A stretch of DNA of 62,106 bases from a virus. Lineage: Duplodnaviria > Caudoviricetes. Under the pieces are notes generated by a model. It had not been told where the DNA came from and ran no database searches. It saw nothing but the letters and a program-made list of their open reading frames with translations. Where the stretch lies: positions 1-62,106 of the IMG/VR virus record IMGVR_UViG_3300026530_000001; one strand, written 5' to 3'. Of the stretch, positions 47,375 through 55,032 are shown in pieces (position 1 is the first letter of the stretch; every line of letters starts with the position of its first letter). Position numbers and translations under genes: made by a program.

Positions 47375-47677
47375 CTAAGCTGCCTTCCTCTTTGCTCTTT
47401 GCGCTCTCTTAACTGCATGTTGGTAGACCTTCGCAATGTGATAACAAGCATTTCCAAAAACGTAAGCCTCACAATCGCATGAGACGTGAAGCGTCGATCC
47501 GGCAATTGAGAATTGAACGAAGTGTGGACGCCATGCTTTATCTTTGTCCGTCGGCCGACGAGCTGCTCGATACAGTCCTTCTCCGACCCGTCGAATCCAG
47601 GGACGACGAATTTTCGCGTGAGCAAGCGCCGCTTCCCATCGTTCTCTGTGGTTGGAAATGAAGTAATCGAGATTCAT
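47375..47677 (-). CDS. SWIM zinc-finger protein
   Basis: CDCEAYVFGNACYHI. Confidence 0.75.
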   Translation of the reverse strand: MNLDYFISNHRERWEAALAHAKIRRPWIRRVGEGLYRAARRPTDKDKAWRPHFVQFSIAGSTLHVSCDCEAYVFGNACYHIAKVYQHAVKRAQRAKRKAA

Positions 47678-47758
47678 CTATTGACCGTTAGCCTCAATTC
47701 CGCGAATGATTTTCTTGAGCAGTTTTTTCCTTGCGTTACGCACGGGCGCGTCCGGTAG

Positions 47759-48772
47759 TCATGCCTTCTCTCCGAAGCGATTTACCTCGTAAAGAACCTC
47801 ACCGGCTAAAAATCCGATCTTGTGTGGATAGTCAGGATTCGGCCATGCGTACATATCCGACTTCTTAATTTTGATTGCGATGTATTTGTCGCCATTCCTA
47901 CTGCGAAATTCGTCGCAGAAGTAGGGGCGCGAACAGGCGTGGTATTTACCCGCTCCGCACTCTTGCGATTTAAGATCGGGATTCGGGTGTTTCAACTTTG
48001 CGCCGACGCCCCACAGGGTTTCCCACGGTTGACCTTCCTGCGTTTTGAAGTCGGCAGAAACTCGCTTGAAGAGGATCACTGACGCAGCGGGTTTGATAGC
48101 CTGAGATTCCAGCCAACCGCCCGTTCCCTTGACCTGAACAGGAACGATGATCGTGGCCGTCTTGGACTTCTTTTGAATCTTGGCTTTGACGAGATTGAAG
48201 GCACAGGCGAATGCGAACAGCAGGACGGTTGCATAATCAGAATGAACGTGAACCGCAACCGATCCCCTCGCTACGACGTGAGACGATCCCCACGCTTCGA
48301 CGTGAGACGATCCCCACGCTTCGACGTGAGACGATCCCCACGCTTCGACGTGAGACGATCCCCTCGCTACGACGTGAGACGATTCCCTCGCTTCGACGTG
48401 AGACGATTCCCACGCTTCGACGTGAGACGATCCCCACGCTACGACGTGAGACGATCCCCTCGCTACGACGTGAGACGATCCCCTCGCTTCGACGTGAGAC
48501 GATTCCCACGCTTCGACGTGAGACGATCCCCTCGCTTCGACGTGAGACGATTCCCTCGCTTCGACGTGAGACGATTCCCACGCTTCGACGTGAGACGATC
48601 CCCACGCTTCGACGTGAGACGATCCCCACGCTACGACGTGAGCGTTCTCTATTTGCCGATTCACACTCAGTTGAATGCTCGAGTCCGACTTGATATAAAC
48701 GTAAGTGAACTCGTCAAACTTCGCCGGAAGGGCGTCGAATTCTTTTTGGGTTGTAACTGTAACTTCTGCCAT
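47759..48772 (-). CDS. Octapeptide-repeat (beta-solenoid-like) protein
   Basis: 16 x HV(V/E)A(W/R)(G/E)SS; C-terminal CGAG.YHAC domain. Confidence 0.8.
   Translation of the reverse strand: MAEVTVTTQKEFDALPAKFDEFTYVYIKSDSSIQLSVNRQIENAHVVAWGSSHVEAWGSSHVEAWESSHVEARESSHVEARGSSHVEAWESSHVEARGSSHVVARGSSHVVAWGSSHVEAWESSHVEARESSHVVARGSSHVEAWGSSHVEAWGSSHVEAWGSSHVVARGSVAVHVHSDYATVLLFAFACAFNLVKAKIQKKSKTATIIVPVQVKGTGGWLESQAIKPAASVILFKRVSADFKTQEGQPWETLWGVGAKLKHPNPDLKSQECGAGKYHACSRPYFCDEFRSRNGDKYIAIKIKKSDMYAWPNPDYPHKIGFLAGEVLYEVNRFGEKA
48260..48643. repeat. Tandem repeat, 16 x 24 bp
   Basis: Unit CGAT(C/T)CCC(T/A)CGCT(A/T)CGACGTGAGA, with no spacers. Confidence 0.95.
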
Positions 48773-48782
48773 GTTCCCTTTC

Positions 48783-49010
48783 CTACGCGGCTACTGCCCC
48801 GCTTTGCAACCGTTCATTGTCATCTGCGTCGAATTCTTGTTCGCACCAGACACACCGGACGATCTCTTTCGCTCCGATTCGATCCTGAGCTTCAATCGAA
48901 AACTCATCGGTAATTGTCTCGAGGTTTCCGCCACAAGGGCAGATGATTCCCACTTTGCTGCCTTCCCAGTCGGGAAGTTCGCTAACTGCTGAAAGCATTT
49001 CCATTATCAT
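48783..49010 (-). CDS. Small Zn-ribbon protein
   Basis: CPCG...CVWC. Confidence 0.55.
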   Translation of the reverse strand: MIMEMLSAVSELPDWEGSKVGIICPCGGNLETITDEFSIEAQDRIGAKEIVRCVWCEQEFDADDNERLQSGAVAA

Positions 49011-49228
49011 GATGTTTGTCTTTGAACCTCCAACACGGCGTCGAGATGTGATTCGTTGGTGTGTTCGCCGATCACCGCGTATTCCGTTCCCGCAGCAAGT
49101 CCGGCCGTTCTGCCTTTGAGCCAGCCAAGTGCATAGATTGCTCGCACCGTCGCAGAGCCTTTCAGTAAAGCCTTGTCTCGCTGATAGTCCTCTTCTATGC
49201 GCCGATCTAATTCGTCAGGTGTGTCCAT
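49007..49228 (-). CDS. Hypothetical protein
   Basis: GGAGG RBS; ATGA coupling. Confidence 0.55.
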   Translation of the reverse strand: MDTPDELDRRIEEDYQRDKALLKGSATVRAIYALGWLKGRTAGLAAGTEYAVIGEHTNESHLDAVLEVQRQTS

Positions 49229-49714
49229 TTATGCAGCCTCCCGTTTCGCTTCGCGCTGCCCCTCAAGAAATCCCTTCGCGCCGGCCAGTGTGTTTTGCGC
49301 TTGCCTTAGCCCGCCGTTCATGCACGGAAAGAATCCGCTATAGCCGTAGATTCTGGCCTTCGTGATGATTGAATTCTCGCGCTCAGTCAGTTCAGGAAAA
49401 CTCCAGATCGGAGAAGGAACGGGCAGATATCCAAACTCGATCTGTGACTTCGCGCAGTCATCGCAAACTTGTATTCGGAATCGCCCCGGCGTGTAGGGCT
49501 CCTCAACCGTCTGCGTGGCCCGATTCGGACACCGATCCTCGCCTTCGCGAAGCTCGCAACGATCATCGTCGCAGGGGTGCACCCCCCCGTTGCTGAACTC
49601 AACGCACCCGCAATCCAGTTCTCGCGCTTCCGGCTCATCATCATTTGCGCTTGCCAAATTAAAATGAGGATCGTTATCGGATACGCCTGCTGGATACATA
49701 GAATCTTGTGGCAT
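49229..49714 (-). CDS. Acidic Cys-rich hypothetical protein
   Basis: AAGGAG RBS; YPAGVSDNDPHF N-terminus. Confidence 0.65.
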   Translation of the reverse strand: MPQDSMYPAGVSDNDPHFNLASANDDEPEARELDCGCVEFSNGGVHPCDDDRCELREGEDRCPNRATQTVEEPYTPGRFRIQVCDDCAKSQIEFGYLPVPSPIWSFPELTERENSIITKARIYGYSGFFPCMNGGLRQAQNTLAGAKGFLEGQREAKREAA

Positions 49715-49723
49715 CGTTTCTCC

Positions 49724-49828
49724 TTAATGTCCGCAGCACGGATAATCTTCACAGTTGCAAGGTCGATAACCTTCATCGTCTTGCGGGTACTCGTCGTCGT
49801 ATGCGGTTTCGGTTTGGTTGGTACTCAT
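49724..49828 (-). CDS. 34-aa acidic peptide ending CEDYPCCGH, not in ORF track
   Basis: MSTNQTETAYDDEYPQDDEGYRPCNCEDYPCCGH; just downstream of the strong leftward promoter. Confidence 0.6.
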   Translation of the reverse strand: MSTNQTETAYDDEYPQDDEGYRPCNCEDYPCCGH

Positions 49829-49892
49829 TAGCTGCTCGCTTCCCTTTCAGGCTGCTGCCTCTTCGCAAGTCCGTCGTGGCATGGCAAGGACT

Positions 49893-49921
49893 ACTATATG
49901 CGCTGAAACGCAGTGTGTCAA
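49893..49921 (-). promoter_or_regulatory. Strong leftward promoter with overlapping operator
   Basis: TTGACA-17 nt-TATAGT; spacer contains an ACGCAGT half-site. Confidence 0.8.
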
Positions 49922-49982
49922 CTAAAATCGTTGAGTAGAACGCAACGTCATAATAGGCGGGCAGTTTACCTCAGAATAATGC

Positions 49983-50011
49983 TTGCGCACTGCGTCAAAA
50001 CGCAGTACCCT
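49983..50011 (+). promoter_or_regulatory. Rightward promoter with palindromic operator
   Basis: TTGCGC-17 nt-TACCCT; perfect ACTGCGT-N4-ACGCAGT at 49989-50006. Confidence 0.7.
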
Positions 50012-50019
50012 AGCGGGCT

Positions 50020-50208
50020 ATGGATAACCGATGGGGCACAGTCAAGGACGCGGCAAAGTTAATGGGCTGCGAAGTGCGGTGGGTGCAGACCCTTCTCAAA
50101 GCGGGCGACAAGCGCCTACGCTATGAGCGGCTAGGTCGTCAGTATCTAGTGTGGCTGCCTTCTGCTCGCGCCTTTAAGAACGGACGCGGGAAGCGAGCTA
50201 CGGCTTAA
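50020..50208 (+). CDS. Small HTH (HTH_17/Xis-like) DNA-binding protein
   Basis: TVKDAAKLMGCEVRWVQTLLKAG...RLGRQYLV. Confidence 0.75.
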   Translation: MDNRWGTVKDAAKLMGCEVRWVQTLLKAGDKRLRYERLGRQYLVWLPSARAFKNGRGKRATA

Positions 50209-50350
50209 TAGCAATCGTGACTAGGCCGACAATCAGGCTCAGCGGAATCGGGGAGCTTGACTCGGCGCATGGAGGCGAGTTGGTGTCGCCAGCAAACAGC
50301 ACAGTTGAGAATGTCAGAATTAGCAGGGCAGTCAGGGTTAGCTTTTTCAT
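50198..50350 (-). CDS. 50-aa secreted peptide precursor (putative signalling propeptide), not in ORF track
   Basis: MKKLTLTALLILTFSTVLFA-GDTNSPPCAESSSPIPLSLIVGLVTIAIKP; Sec-type leader; TAAAAT 6 nt upstream of the ATG. Confidence 0.75.
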   Translation of the reverse strand: MKKLTLTALLILTFSTVLFAGDTNSPPCAESSSPIPLSLIVGLVTIAIKP

Positions 50351-50356
50351 GCGGAG

Positions 50357-50384
50357 ATTTTAGATAGAGACGGGAGTTTATTTT
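50357..50384 (-). promoter_or_regulatory. Peptide-gene promoter, TAAA-N14-TAnnnT class
   Basis: Minus strand AAAATAAA-14 nt-TAAAAT-6 nt-ATG. Confidence 0.6.
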
Positions 50385-50746
50385 TGCCGAAACGAATTCA
50401 GAGAAAGCGAACTAAAGGCTGGAGAATGCCGCGGAACACTGTTTATGTCGGGCGTCCGGGCGCATGGGGAAACCCGTTCCGATTGGGCGATTTCGTTCTT
50501 AAGGGCGATCCCGATCCGAACTATCGCGGACAGTTTGCGATGCTGTATGTGAAGACTTCAGCGAAACACGCGGACGCGCGATTTACCGAACTCAAGACAG
50601 GCGAGCAAGTGCTGGAATGGTATCGCTGGTATATGAGCGTTACCACGCACCCGCTGGCCTTACTGCGCGGCAAAGACTTGGCTTGCTGGTGCAAGGAAGG
50701 ATCGCCGTGTCACGCGGATATTCTTTTAGAGTTAGCGAACCGATGA
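50384..50746 (+). CDS. DUF4326-domain protein
   Basis: RIQRKR.KGWR.P..TVYVGRP..WGNPF...LRGKDLACWC...CHADILL. Confidence 0.85.
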   Translation: MPKRIQRKRTKGWRMPRNTVYVGRPGAWGNPFRLGDFVLKGDPDPNYRGQFAMLYVKTSAKHADARFTELKTGEQVLEWYRWYMSVTTHPLALLRGKDLACWCKEGSPCHADILLELANR

Positions 50747-51627
50747 TCGCAGCGACCACAGAAGAATTAACCGGAGTTGAAGGTGAAGTCCGCTCGCTGA
50801 TTGCTCGGGCCGTTGCTCTACGAATGGCCGGCGATTCTCAAGGATCGTTTGATCTACTTACAGCATCGGAGCGATTAGTTGAATCTGTTTCGGTAAGTCG
50901 TCAAGGGCGCTTCTATAATCAACGCGCATTAGCCCTCAAAGACCTGAAGGAATACGACCGCGCCATTCTCGAGTTCGACCGCGCGGCCTATTGCTTTGAA
51001 GAATCGGGCGAGGTTGAGTTGCAGGGAATGGTTCATAACAATATCGCTCGCGCGTATTCCCTGTCAGGCAACTATACTCGCGCTCGCGAAAGCGTTAACA
51101 AGGCGATCGGGCTTACGACAAATCCAACGCTACTGGCCCAGTGGGGCGATCAGTTGGCGAATGTTTTACTTGACGAGGGGAAATTTGAACTTGCGGAAAT
51201 CGAGGTTGACAAAGCCCTGTCGCTACTAGTTGACAGGGAACAGGTTGCCCTACTTGCGGAATGCTTAGATACCAAAAATCGGTGCATGCAACAAAAAAAT
51301 GGCACTTGCAGGGATTCTGTGTACATGGTAAGCACTAACTCTCGATTATCTTCTAATTTGTTTCGCAGCCCCCGAGGTGAACAAATGCCCCGCACGATCC
51401 TCGAATGCGCTCAACGAATTATTCGCGACGATCATGAACTTGCCATGCCTCTACTTACGTTAATGGCTTTAGCCGTCGATCCAAACGGAGATCCCGATCG
51501 CTACGGGTCCGCAGATGAGGCAATGCAATTTCTGGCCGTTAAGACGCCGGACGGTGAGGCGTTTTGTCGTTCGTTGATTGACTCGCTGGCGAATAGTCCG
51601 CAGGAAATAAGCGATTCTAGCTCCTAG
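50743..51627 (+). CDS. Tetratricopeptide-repeat protein (Rap/RRNPP-like receptor candidate)
   Basis: TPR patterns RFYNQRALAL..LKEYDRAI..F..A, VHNNIARAY...GNY..A..S..KA and LANVLLDEGKFELA...VDKAL; ATGA-coupled start at 50743. Confidence 0.8.
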   Translation: MIAATTEELTGVEGEVRSLIARAVALRMAGDSQGSFDLLTASERLVESVSVSRQGRFYNQRALALKDLKEYDRAILEFDRAAYCFEESGEVELQGMVHNNIARAYSLSGNYTRARESVNKAIGLTTNPTLLAQWGDQLANVLLDEGKFELAEIEVDKALSLLVDREQVALLAECLDTKNRCMQQKNGTCRDSVYMVSTNSRLSSNLFRSPRGEQMPRTILECAQRIIRDDHELAMPLLTLMALAVDPNGDPDRYGSADEAMQFLAVKTPDGEAFCRSLIDSLANSPQEISDSSS

Positions 51628-52009
51628 CAGTCCTTCTCTGGATATCGCGTTTTACCACATCGATTAAGACGCGCACTTCTTTCTTGTCGGTCTCGGATTC
51701 CAATCGCTCGCATTCCTGATAGAGAGCGAAGGCCGCACTCTTTTTGAATCCAGTATCTGAGGGAACAATCCGCCCGAGATAGATGGCGAGTAGGTCTTCT
51801 ACGGGCTCTCCCAAGCCCAAAGACAGGCTGTAGATCATGTCGATGCTTGGGCTCTTGACGTGCCCCTGGATTATAGAATTGACATAGCCAGGGCTCAGCT
51901 CCCCGCCTAGTTTCTTCGCTCTTTGGGCAACTTTAACGTGAGAGAGACCCTTCTCCGCGATGACGCGGCGCACGTAATCTTGTGGAGTTTCGCCTGTGGT
52001 TTTTGGCAA
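51617..52009 (-). CDS. XRE-family repressor (CI/ImmR-like, no S24 peptidase domain)
   Basis: EKGLS...VA......LSPGYVNSII.G....PSID.I..LSLGLG HTH; probable leaderless TTG start 7 nt after TAGTCT; divergent from a cro-like gene. Confidence 0.75.
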   Translation of the reverse strand: MPKTTGETPQDYVRRVIAEKGLSHVKVAQRAKKLGGELSPGYVNSIIQGHVKSPSIDMIYSLSLGLGEPVEDLLAIYLGRIVPSDTGFKKSAAFALYQECERLESETDKKEVRVLIDVVKRDIQRRTARS

Positions 52010-52068
52010 GCCGCACAGACTAGCATCTCGCCCGCCTAAATAATTATCTTTTATAGATACGATTGTTG

Positions 52069-52097
52069 TTGCATCCATCAGAATTCCATGCTAGGGT
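52069..52097 (+). promoter_or_regulatory. PR-like promoter
   Basis: TTGCAT-17 nt-TAGGGT with extended -10 TG. Confidence 0.6.
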
Positions 52098-52111
52098 GCG
52101 CCTACCATCGT

Positions 52112-52405
52112 ATGCGGAACACATCAGATATTAGGCAGCGCTACCGAGGCGACCTATTGATTTGGCGGGCGAACCAGCTTGGTCTGAACTATCAGGCCGT
52201 ATCTCGAATTATCGCCGCTCAGCCAAACGATCTCATAGTCAACGGCGCGACAGTCAAGCGGATCTTCTCAGGCGCGAACGCGACATTTGACACCGTTTGG
52301 GCAATCGCCGACGCGCTGAATATCGACCGTCATGCGATGACTGATTTCAAATTGAAAGAGCGTGATTTCTCTCGTGCGGTAGTCAATGGAAAGGCTGCGC
52401 GATGA
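52112..52405 (+). CDS. Cro-like XRE HTH protein
   Basis: ATVKRIFSG.NATFDTVWAIADALNI; first gene of the rightward early operon. Confidence 0.7.
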   Translation: MRNTSDIRQRYRGDLLIWRANQLGLNYQAVSRIIAAQPNDLIVNGATVKRIFSGANATFDTVWAIADALNIDRHAMTDFKLKERDFSRAVVNGKAAR

Positions 52406-52443
52406 GGGGCGGGGTGGTCTCTGGCCGAGCTGCCCCGTTTTTT
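52406..52443 (+). terminator. tR1-like intrinsic terminator
   Basis: GGGGCGG...CTGCCCC stem followed by GTTTTTT. Confidence 0.65.
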
Positions 52444-52529
52444 GAATACCGCAGGGTAACACGGGAACGCGGCCAGCACACATAAGAATCTACTTTAACT
52501 TCCAGAGACGAGAACGTAAGGAGAATCGG

Positions 52530-52763
52530 ATGATGCGCGAGCGATTCAAACTCATGTCCATGCTTCACGCGGCTGCGGCATTCTTTGGCTTTCGGCAGGC
52601 CGTGCAGCAGTTAGCGCCCGAACCGGCCCCTCATGACGAGTTTCACCATTCACGAGGTAATCGGCAACTGCATAGCGCGGCACATATTCGCAAACATCGG
52701 CGTGAGCGAAATATCCGAAACGAAATAGCATTTCAGTCGCGCAAGCGTAATCGAGCCAACTGA
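52530..52763 (+). CDS. Basic hypothetical protein
   Basis: AAGGAG RBS; Arg-rich C-terminus. Confidence 0.55.
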   Translation: MMRERFKLMSMLHAAAAFFGFRQAVQQLAPEPAPHDEFHHSRGNRQLHSAAHIRKHRRERNIRNEIAFQSRKRNRAN

Positions 52764-52869
52764 AGGCAGAAGTAACTCGGGCGGTTGAGTGTTTGGAGCC
52801 GGAGGCGGGGAGGGAACGACCTGACCCAAAGTTACGAAACGCGGTAGCAGCCTTAAAGGAGAAAAGACA

Positions 52870-53979
52870 ATGCTACGAATCACAAAATCAACAGAACCGA
52901 TCACGGTAGATCGGTTAATCGTCACCATTTATTCCCCGCCAGGAGTGGGTAAAACCTCTCTCGCCTTTACGGCTGAAAAGCCTTTGCTGCTGGATTTTGA
53001 CGGCGGCGCATATCGAGCAGCGAATCGAGCGGACATCGTTGCTATCAATTCGTGGTCAGATGTTGGCGCAATCAACGCTGCGGATTTGGCCGGGTACAAA
53101 ACTCTAGTTATCGACACCGCCGGTCGCGCTCTTGACTGCCTGACCGCTGACATCATCGCGGGCAATCCGAAGCTTGGACGAAGCGGCGGCGCCCTGACCT
53201 TGCAGGGGTTTGGTGAACTGAAGTCTCGCTTTATCTCATTCACGAAATTAGTCCGTTCGTTTGGGTTGGATCTCGTTTTACTAGCGCACTCTGATGAGCA
53301 GCGCAATGGCGACGAGTTGATCGAGCGAATCGACGTGCAGGGCGGATCGAAGAATGAGATATACAAAGCCGCCGATGTCATGGGGCGGCTGCGAATAACC
53401 AACGGCAAGCGCCTTCTGAATTTCAGCCCAACGGACACGGCGTTTGGAAAGAATCCTGCCGGCCTGGGTGAGTTGAATGTCCCAGTCTTTACTGACGAAC
53501 CGGGTTTTCTCGCGAGCGTTATCGGCCAGATCAAGTCTTCACTAAACAGGCTCACCGCCGATCAGCAGACAGCGGCGAACGAAATGGCTGACTGGCAAAA
53601 GAAGTTTGAGGCCACGTCATCGCCGGCGGAACTGAATGCGCTCATTGCCACCATTGCCGATGATGTTGATCCGAACATCAAGCGATTGTTGGTTAAGACC
53701 GGCAAGGTCAAAGGCTTTGAGTGGGACAAAGACGCCAAACACTTCAAGTCGAACGGCAACGGCTTCGACCCGCTATCCAAAACCGCTAAGGATGGAGTTA
53801 CCTCCAAGCAAGCAAAGCAGATTATGACGCTGACCGGAGAACTCGAGATTGACCCGGACGAGGCGGTTTCAAAGCTGTTCAAGCTTCCGGTCAAAGTTGA
53901 CGAGATTTCCAAAGAAGCTGCGGATCGGTTTATCGCCGACCTGACTACGCGGGCAGACAACCTCGGGGAGGCGTTCTAA
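52870..53979 (+). CDS. AAA_24 / Sak4-like recombination ATPase
   Basis: YSPPGVGKTS Walker A, LLLDFDGG, LVIDT and LLAH motifs; upstream of the nuclease and SSB. Confidence 0.8.
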   Translation: MLRITKSTEPITVDRLIVTIYSPPGVGKTSLAFTAEKPLLLDFDGGAYRAANRADIVAINSWSDVGAINAADLAGYKTLVIDTAGRALDCLTADIIAGNPKLGRSGGALTLQGFGELKSRFISFTKLVRSFGLDLVLLAHSDEQRNGDELIERIDVQGGSKNEIYKAADVMGRLRITNGKRLLNFSPTDTAFGKNPAGLGELNVPVFTDEPGFLASVIGQIKSSLNRLTADQQTAANEMADWQKKFEATSSPAELNALIATIADDVDPNIKRLLVKTGKVKGFEWDKDAKHFKSNGNGFDPLSKTAKDGVTSKQAKQIMTLTGELEIDPDEAVSKLFKLPVKVDEISKEAADRFIADLTTRADNLGEAF

Positions 53980-54602
53980 TGCGAATCTCAGTCAGCGACC
54001 TTGACACCTACCGGTACTACAAGGCTGCGGAGGAAATGACGCTTGAGGACTGTCTGGCGCGACTGCGCAGAGAGACCCCGCCAACTCCCGCAATGCTCGC
54101 TGGTCGTGCGCTCCACGGCATTCTCGAACACTCTAGCTATGACGACGAGGCTATGTCCGTGGAATGTGACGGGTTTCGATTTTACTTTGACTGCGAAGTC
54201 GATTTGGAGGTGCCACTCGTTCGCGAACTGAAAGGCGAGCTTGAAATCGCAACGCCTTCGGGTCCGGTGACGCTGGTTGGTGTCGTAGACGCAATGGACA
54301 CGTCGGTCTATGACTACAAGCTTACCGGCCGATTCGACGCCGAACGGTTCGCCGATAGCTATCAATGGCGATGCTACCTCTCGATGTTTGGACGCAACCG
54401 GTTTGTCTATCGCGTCTTTGTTGGGCAAGAGAATTCGGCGGGAGCAGGCTTCGATGGTCGACCATTTTCTGAGTGGACGATTCGCGAGTACCACGAGCTT
54501 CCCGTCTACCGATATCCAGGCATGGAGCAAGACGTGATCAGGGAAGTGACGGAGTTTGCCGCGTTCATTAAGCAACACCTGAGACTAGCGGAGGCGGCAT
54601 GA
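53979..54602 (+). CDS. PD-(D/E)XK (Cas4-like) exonuclease
   Basis: GRALH...GVVD...DYK...SYQWRCY. Confidence 0.75.
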   Translation: MRISVSDLDTYRYYKAAEEMTLEDCLARLRRETPPTPAMLAGRALHGILEHSSYDDEAMSVECDGFRFYFDCEVDLEVPLVRELKGELEIATPSGPVTLVGVVDAMDTSVYDYKLTGRFDAERFADSYQWRCYLSMFGRNRFVYRVFVGQENSAGAGFDGRPFSEWTIREYHELPVYRYPGMEQDVIREVTEFAAFIKQHLRLAEAA

Positions 54603-55024
54603 GCTTCAACAAAATCACCATCGTCGGAAACCTCGGGCGCGATCCTGAACTTCGCTACACGCCGCAAGGGACTCCTGTTTGTTCTTTCAGCATGGCAAGC
54701 AATGAGAAGCGGAAGAATCGCGATACCGGAGACGCCGACGAGGTTGTGACTTGGTTTCGCATAACTCTGTGGGGGCGACAAGCTGAAACCGCCTCTCAGT
54801 ATCTAACCAAAGGCAAGCCCGTTTACATTGAAGGCCGCTTGCGCGTCGAAGAATTCACCGACCGCGATGGCAACAAGCGGCATTCCCTGGAAGTCAACGC
54901 AACCGATATGCAGTTCATCGGCGGCGGAGACCGCGGGCAAACGGCAGCGCCACAATCAACACGAACCGAAGCGAAGCCGGCGGCTAAGCCTGATCCGGTT
55001 GACGATGACGATATTCCGTTTTGA
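54599..55024 (+). CDS. ssb: Single-stranded DNA-binding protein
   Basis: NKITIVGNLGRDPELRYT...KGKPVYIEGRL...DDDIPF. Confidence 0.97.
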   Translation: MSFNKITIVGNLGRDPELRYTPQGTPVCSFSMASNEKRKNRDTGDADEVVTWFRITLWGRQAETASQYLTKGKPVYIEGRLRVEEFTDRDGNKRHSLEVNATDMQFIGGGDRGQTAAPQSTRTEAKPAAKPDPVDDDDIPF

Positions 55025-55032
55025 GGATTGAA

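Noticed and set aside
48260-48643. CRISPR array
   Set aside because: Contiguous 24-bp in-frame units with no unique spacers and no cas operon
47759-48772. Diversity-generating retroelement
   Set aside because: No reverse transcriptase and no TR/VR pair recognised in the genome
48173-48913. Alternative-frame repeat ORFs (RRSPRFDV, LRRETIP, RRSVGIVS)
   Set aside because: Open only because the repeat lacks stop codons; the minus-strand 337-aa frame has an RBS and flanking domains
53979-54602. CRISPR Cas4
   Set aside because: Solo nuclease in a Sak4-SSB recombination module
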